A DNA stretch of 64,000 nt, from positions 158,286,001 through 158,350,000 of the forward strand of contig OZ024740.1 in assembly GCA_964016885.1 (NCBI GenBank), given 5' to 3'. The DNA is from Eledone cirrhosa. Its lineage: Eukaryota. The notes under the pieces are model-generated. The model was not told where the DNA came from and made no database searches. It saw only the letters and a list, made by a program, of their open reading frames with translations. This document shows positions 62,274 to 64,000 of this stretch, piece by piece. The translations under genes and the position numbers were made by a program. Numbering within the stretch: the stretch's first letter is position 1; each line of letters begins with the position of its first letter.

Positions 62274-62317
62274 AACTAACTGTTGTGTTACCACTTATAT
62301 ATATATATATATATATA

Positions 62318-63120
62318 CTAGCAGTGGTACCCGGCGTTGCACGGGACACGGTATATTGGAACGCGGGCCGCCAACAGACCTAATCGTGGAAAAACTGTAT
62401 GCCTGGACAATATGTAAAGAAAATAAACCGAATATTCTGATGGCTGGATAATATTTAAGATTTTCCTCGATGAAGTAGGAAAATGCAGATTTTCACCTAG
62501 GGGATCAAGAAAATATTTTTTTTTTATGTGCTCACGGTATGAAGAAGAGACTGACTAATACATAGTTACAATTTCAAGGAAATCGGTCTGACGTAACGCC
62601 TAAAAAAAAAACCTTAAAAGCTTTAAAAAAACGCAGTTTTTCACCTAATGCGGGCCCGACGAGATCAAAATGTTGAATTTTTTTATGTGCATAACATTTC
62701 CTGAAACATAAGTAATACACATGTAAAGTTTGAAAAAAAATCGGTTGGGTACTTCTCGAGTTTTAGGGATTCAAACTCACAGACACACACACAGACACAC
62801 ACACACACAGACAGACATCCTCAGGGAAGTGACATAATGCAGAGAGCCAGACATACAGACAGATATTATAAGGGCGCGACGTTATATGTATGTATCTATC
62901 TAAAAAGAGAAAGACTAAGAATTATAGAGAGAGATCGCTAAATCGCCTAATACGGTCCCTAGGGCATTGAAAATTTGAAATTTCTTTTCCTCAGAACACT
63001 CCCTGAAACATAAGTATTACATGTGTAAAGTTTGAAAACAGTCGGTTGGGTGGTTCTCGAGTTTTAGGGATTCAAACTCACACACAGACAGACATCCTCA
63101 GTTTTATATATATATATATA
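62318..63120 (-). mobile_element. Non-autonomous Helitron
   Basis: CTAG at 62318 and hairpin CCCGGCGTTGCACGGG resemble the 1719 end. ACATCCTCAGTTTTATATA resembles the 8329 end. Internal direct duplication 62700-62823 / 63002-63101. Confidence 0.8.
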
Positions 63121-63128
63121 TATATATA

Positions 63129-63916
63129 TAGTATAAAAAAACGAAAGATCAGTGATTCATCTGGACTCAATTTATTGCGTGTTACAATTGTTTTGCCGGC
63201 AGGTAGCTCGAGACATGGTCACTGTATGGATCTGGCTGATTCTACGGATACAGGTTCGTTCAGACACGGGTAGTTCGTTCGGAGCAAATTTTCTCACTGG
63301 GGTGTTATCGTCAAAAGAACACCTTCAAAAAACCTCTTCCACTCTTGTCATGCCATTGGCTGTTGTTACTCCACATCATCTTAAGTTCTGGTCACTATTT
63401 ACTGCTACACGGGTCATCAGCCATTTGCCGTCCGACACACTTCAATGGAGTCATGCTGGGTTCGGTATCTCACACGTCTGTTCACAATCCAGAGTATGTA
63501 CCCACACATACATATACACACACATATACACACACAGGCAGACACAGACACATGCGTTCATGCACATATGTACGCATACATGCGTAGACGCCTCCACCCC
63601 CACACATATATATACACGCACACGTTCTCCCTCTCTTCCACAGACCCAGGCACACCCACTTCTAGATACCGACCGCCACAAGGCTATTAGCGCCTGCTTA
63701 AGTCGCGCCATATATCCGGTCCGACACGCACGACCCACGCAAACATAGTGATAAAATTTGCTCCGAACGAACTACCCGTGTCTGAAGGAACCTGCAGCTG
63801 TAGAATCAGCCAGATCCATACAGTGACCATGTCTCGAGCTACCTGCCGGCGAAACAATTGTAACACTCAATAAATTGAGTCCAGATGCATCACTGATTTT
63901 TCGTTTTTTTATACTA
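63129..63916. mobile_element. Foldback element with ~170-bp arms, each with a long-stem-II HHR-like motif (63179-63267 -, 63778-63866 +)
   Basis: gtgt CTGAAGG [62 nt] GAAAC aatt GTA acac, then AATAAA. The core is degenerate in both arms. Confidence 0.75.
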
Positions 63917-64000
63917 TCCACACTCTACTCTTTTGAATATTGAGTGCTAATTTTGGCATACCGCCTATGGAAGTACCATAGCTACCATTATACACAAGTA

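Overview
Very AT-rich animal genomic DNA with long (TA)n/(CA)n tracts and one 200-N gap. The SINE content suggests a cephalopod such as octopus (inference). I recognise no host gene; the window is essentially all transposons. It holds a near-complete GC-rich Helitron (1719-8329, -), a decayed second Helitron and a non-autonomous one. It also holds two degenerate Penelope-like elements (PLEs; RT plus C-terminal GIY-YIG, Hydra-clade-like), fragments of mariner, Tx1/L1, RTE, CR1-like and R4/Dong elements, and many tRNA-derived SINEs. The main signal the ORF track misses is about 28 type I hammerhead ribozyme (HHR) motifs, read by eye, from many unrelated sequence families. They lie in short non-coding elements inserted in (TA)n, often as foldback palindromes with an HHR on each arm, and once as a 429-bp HHR-to-HHR tandem (retrozyme-like). 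Several have unusual features: compensatory U3-A8 cores, a recurrent U.U or A.A pair at 10.1-11.1, and 59-104-nt extended or branched stem II. All folds are manual and none has been tested.
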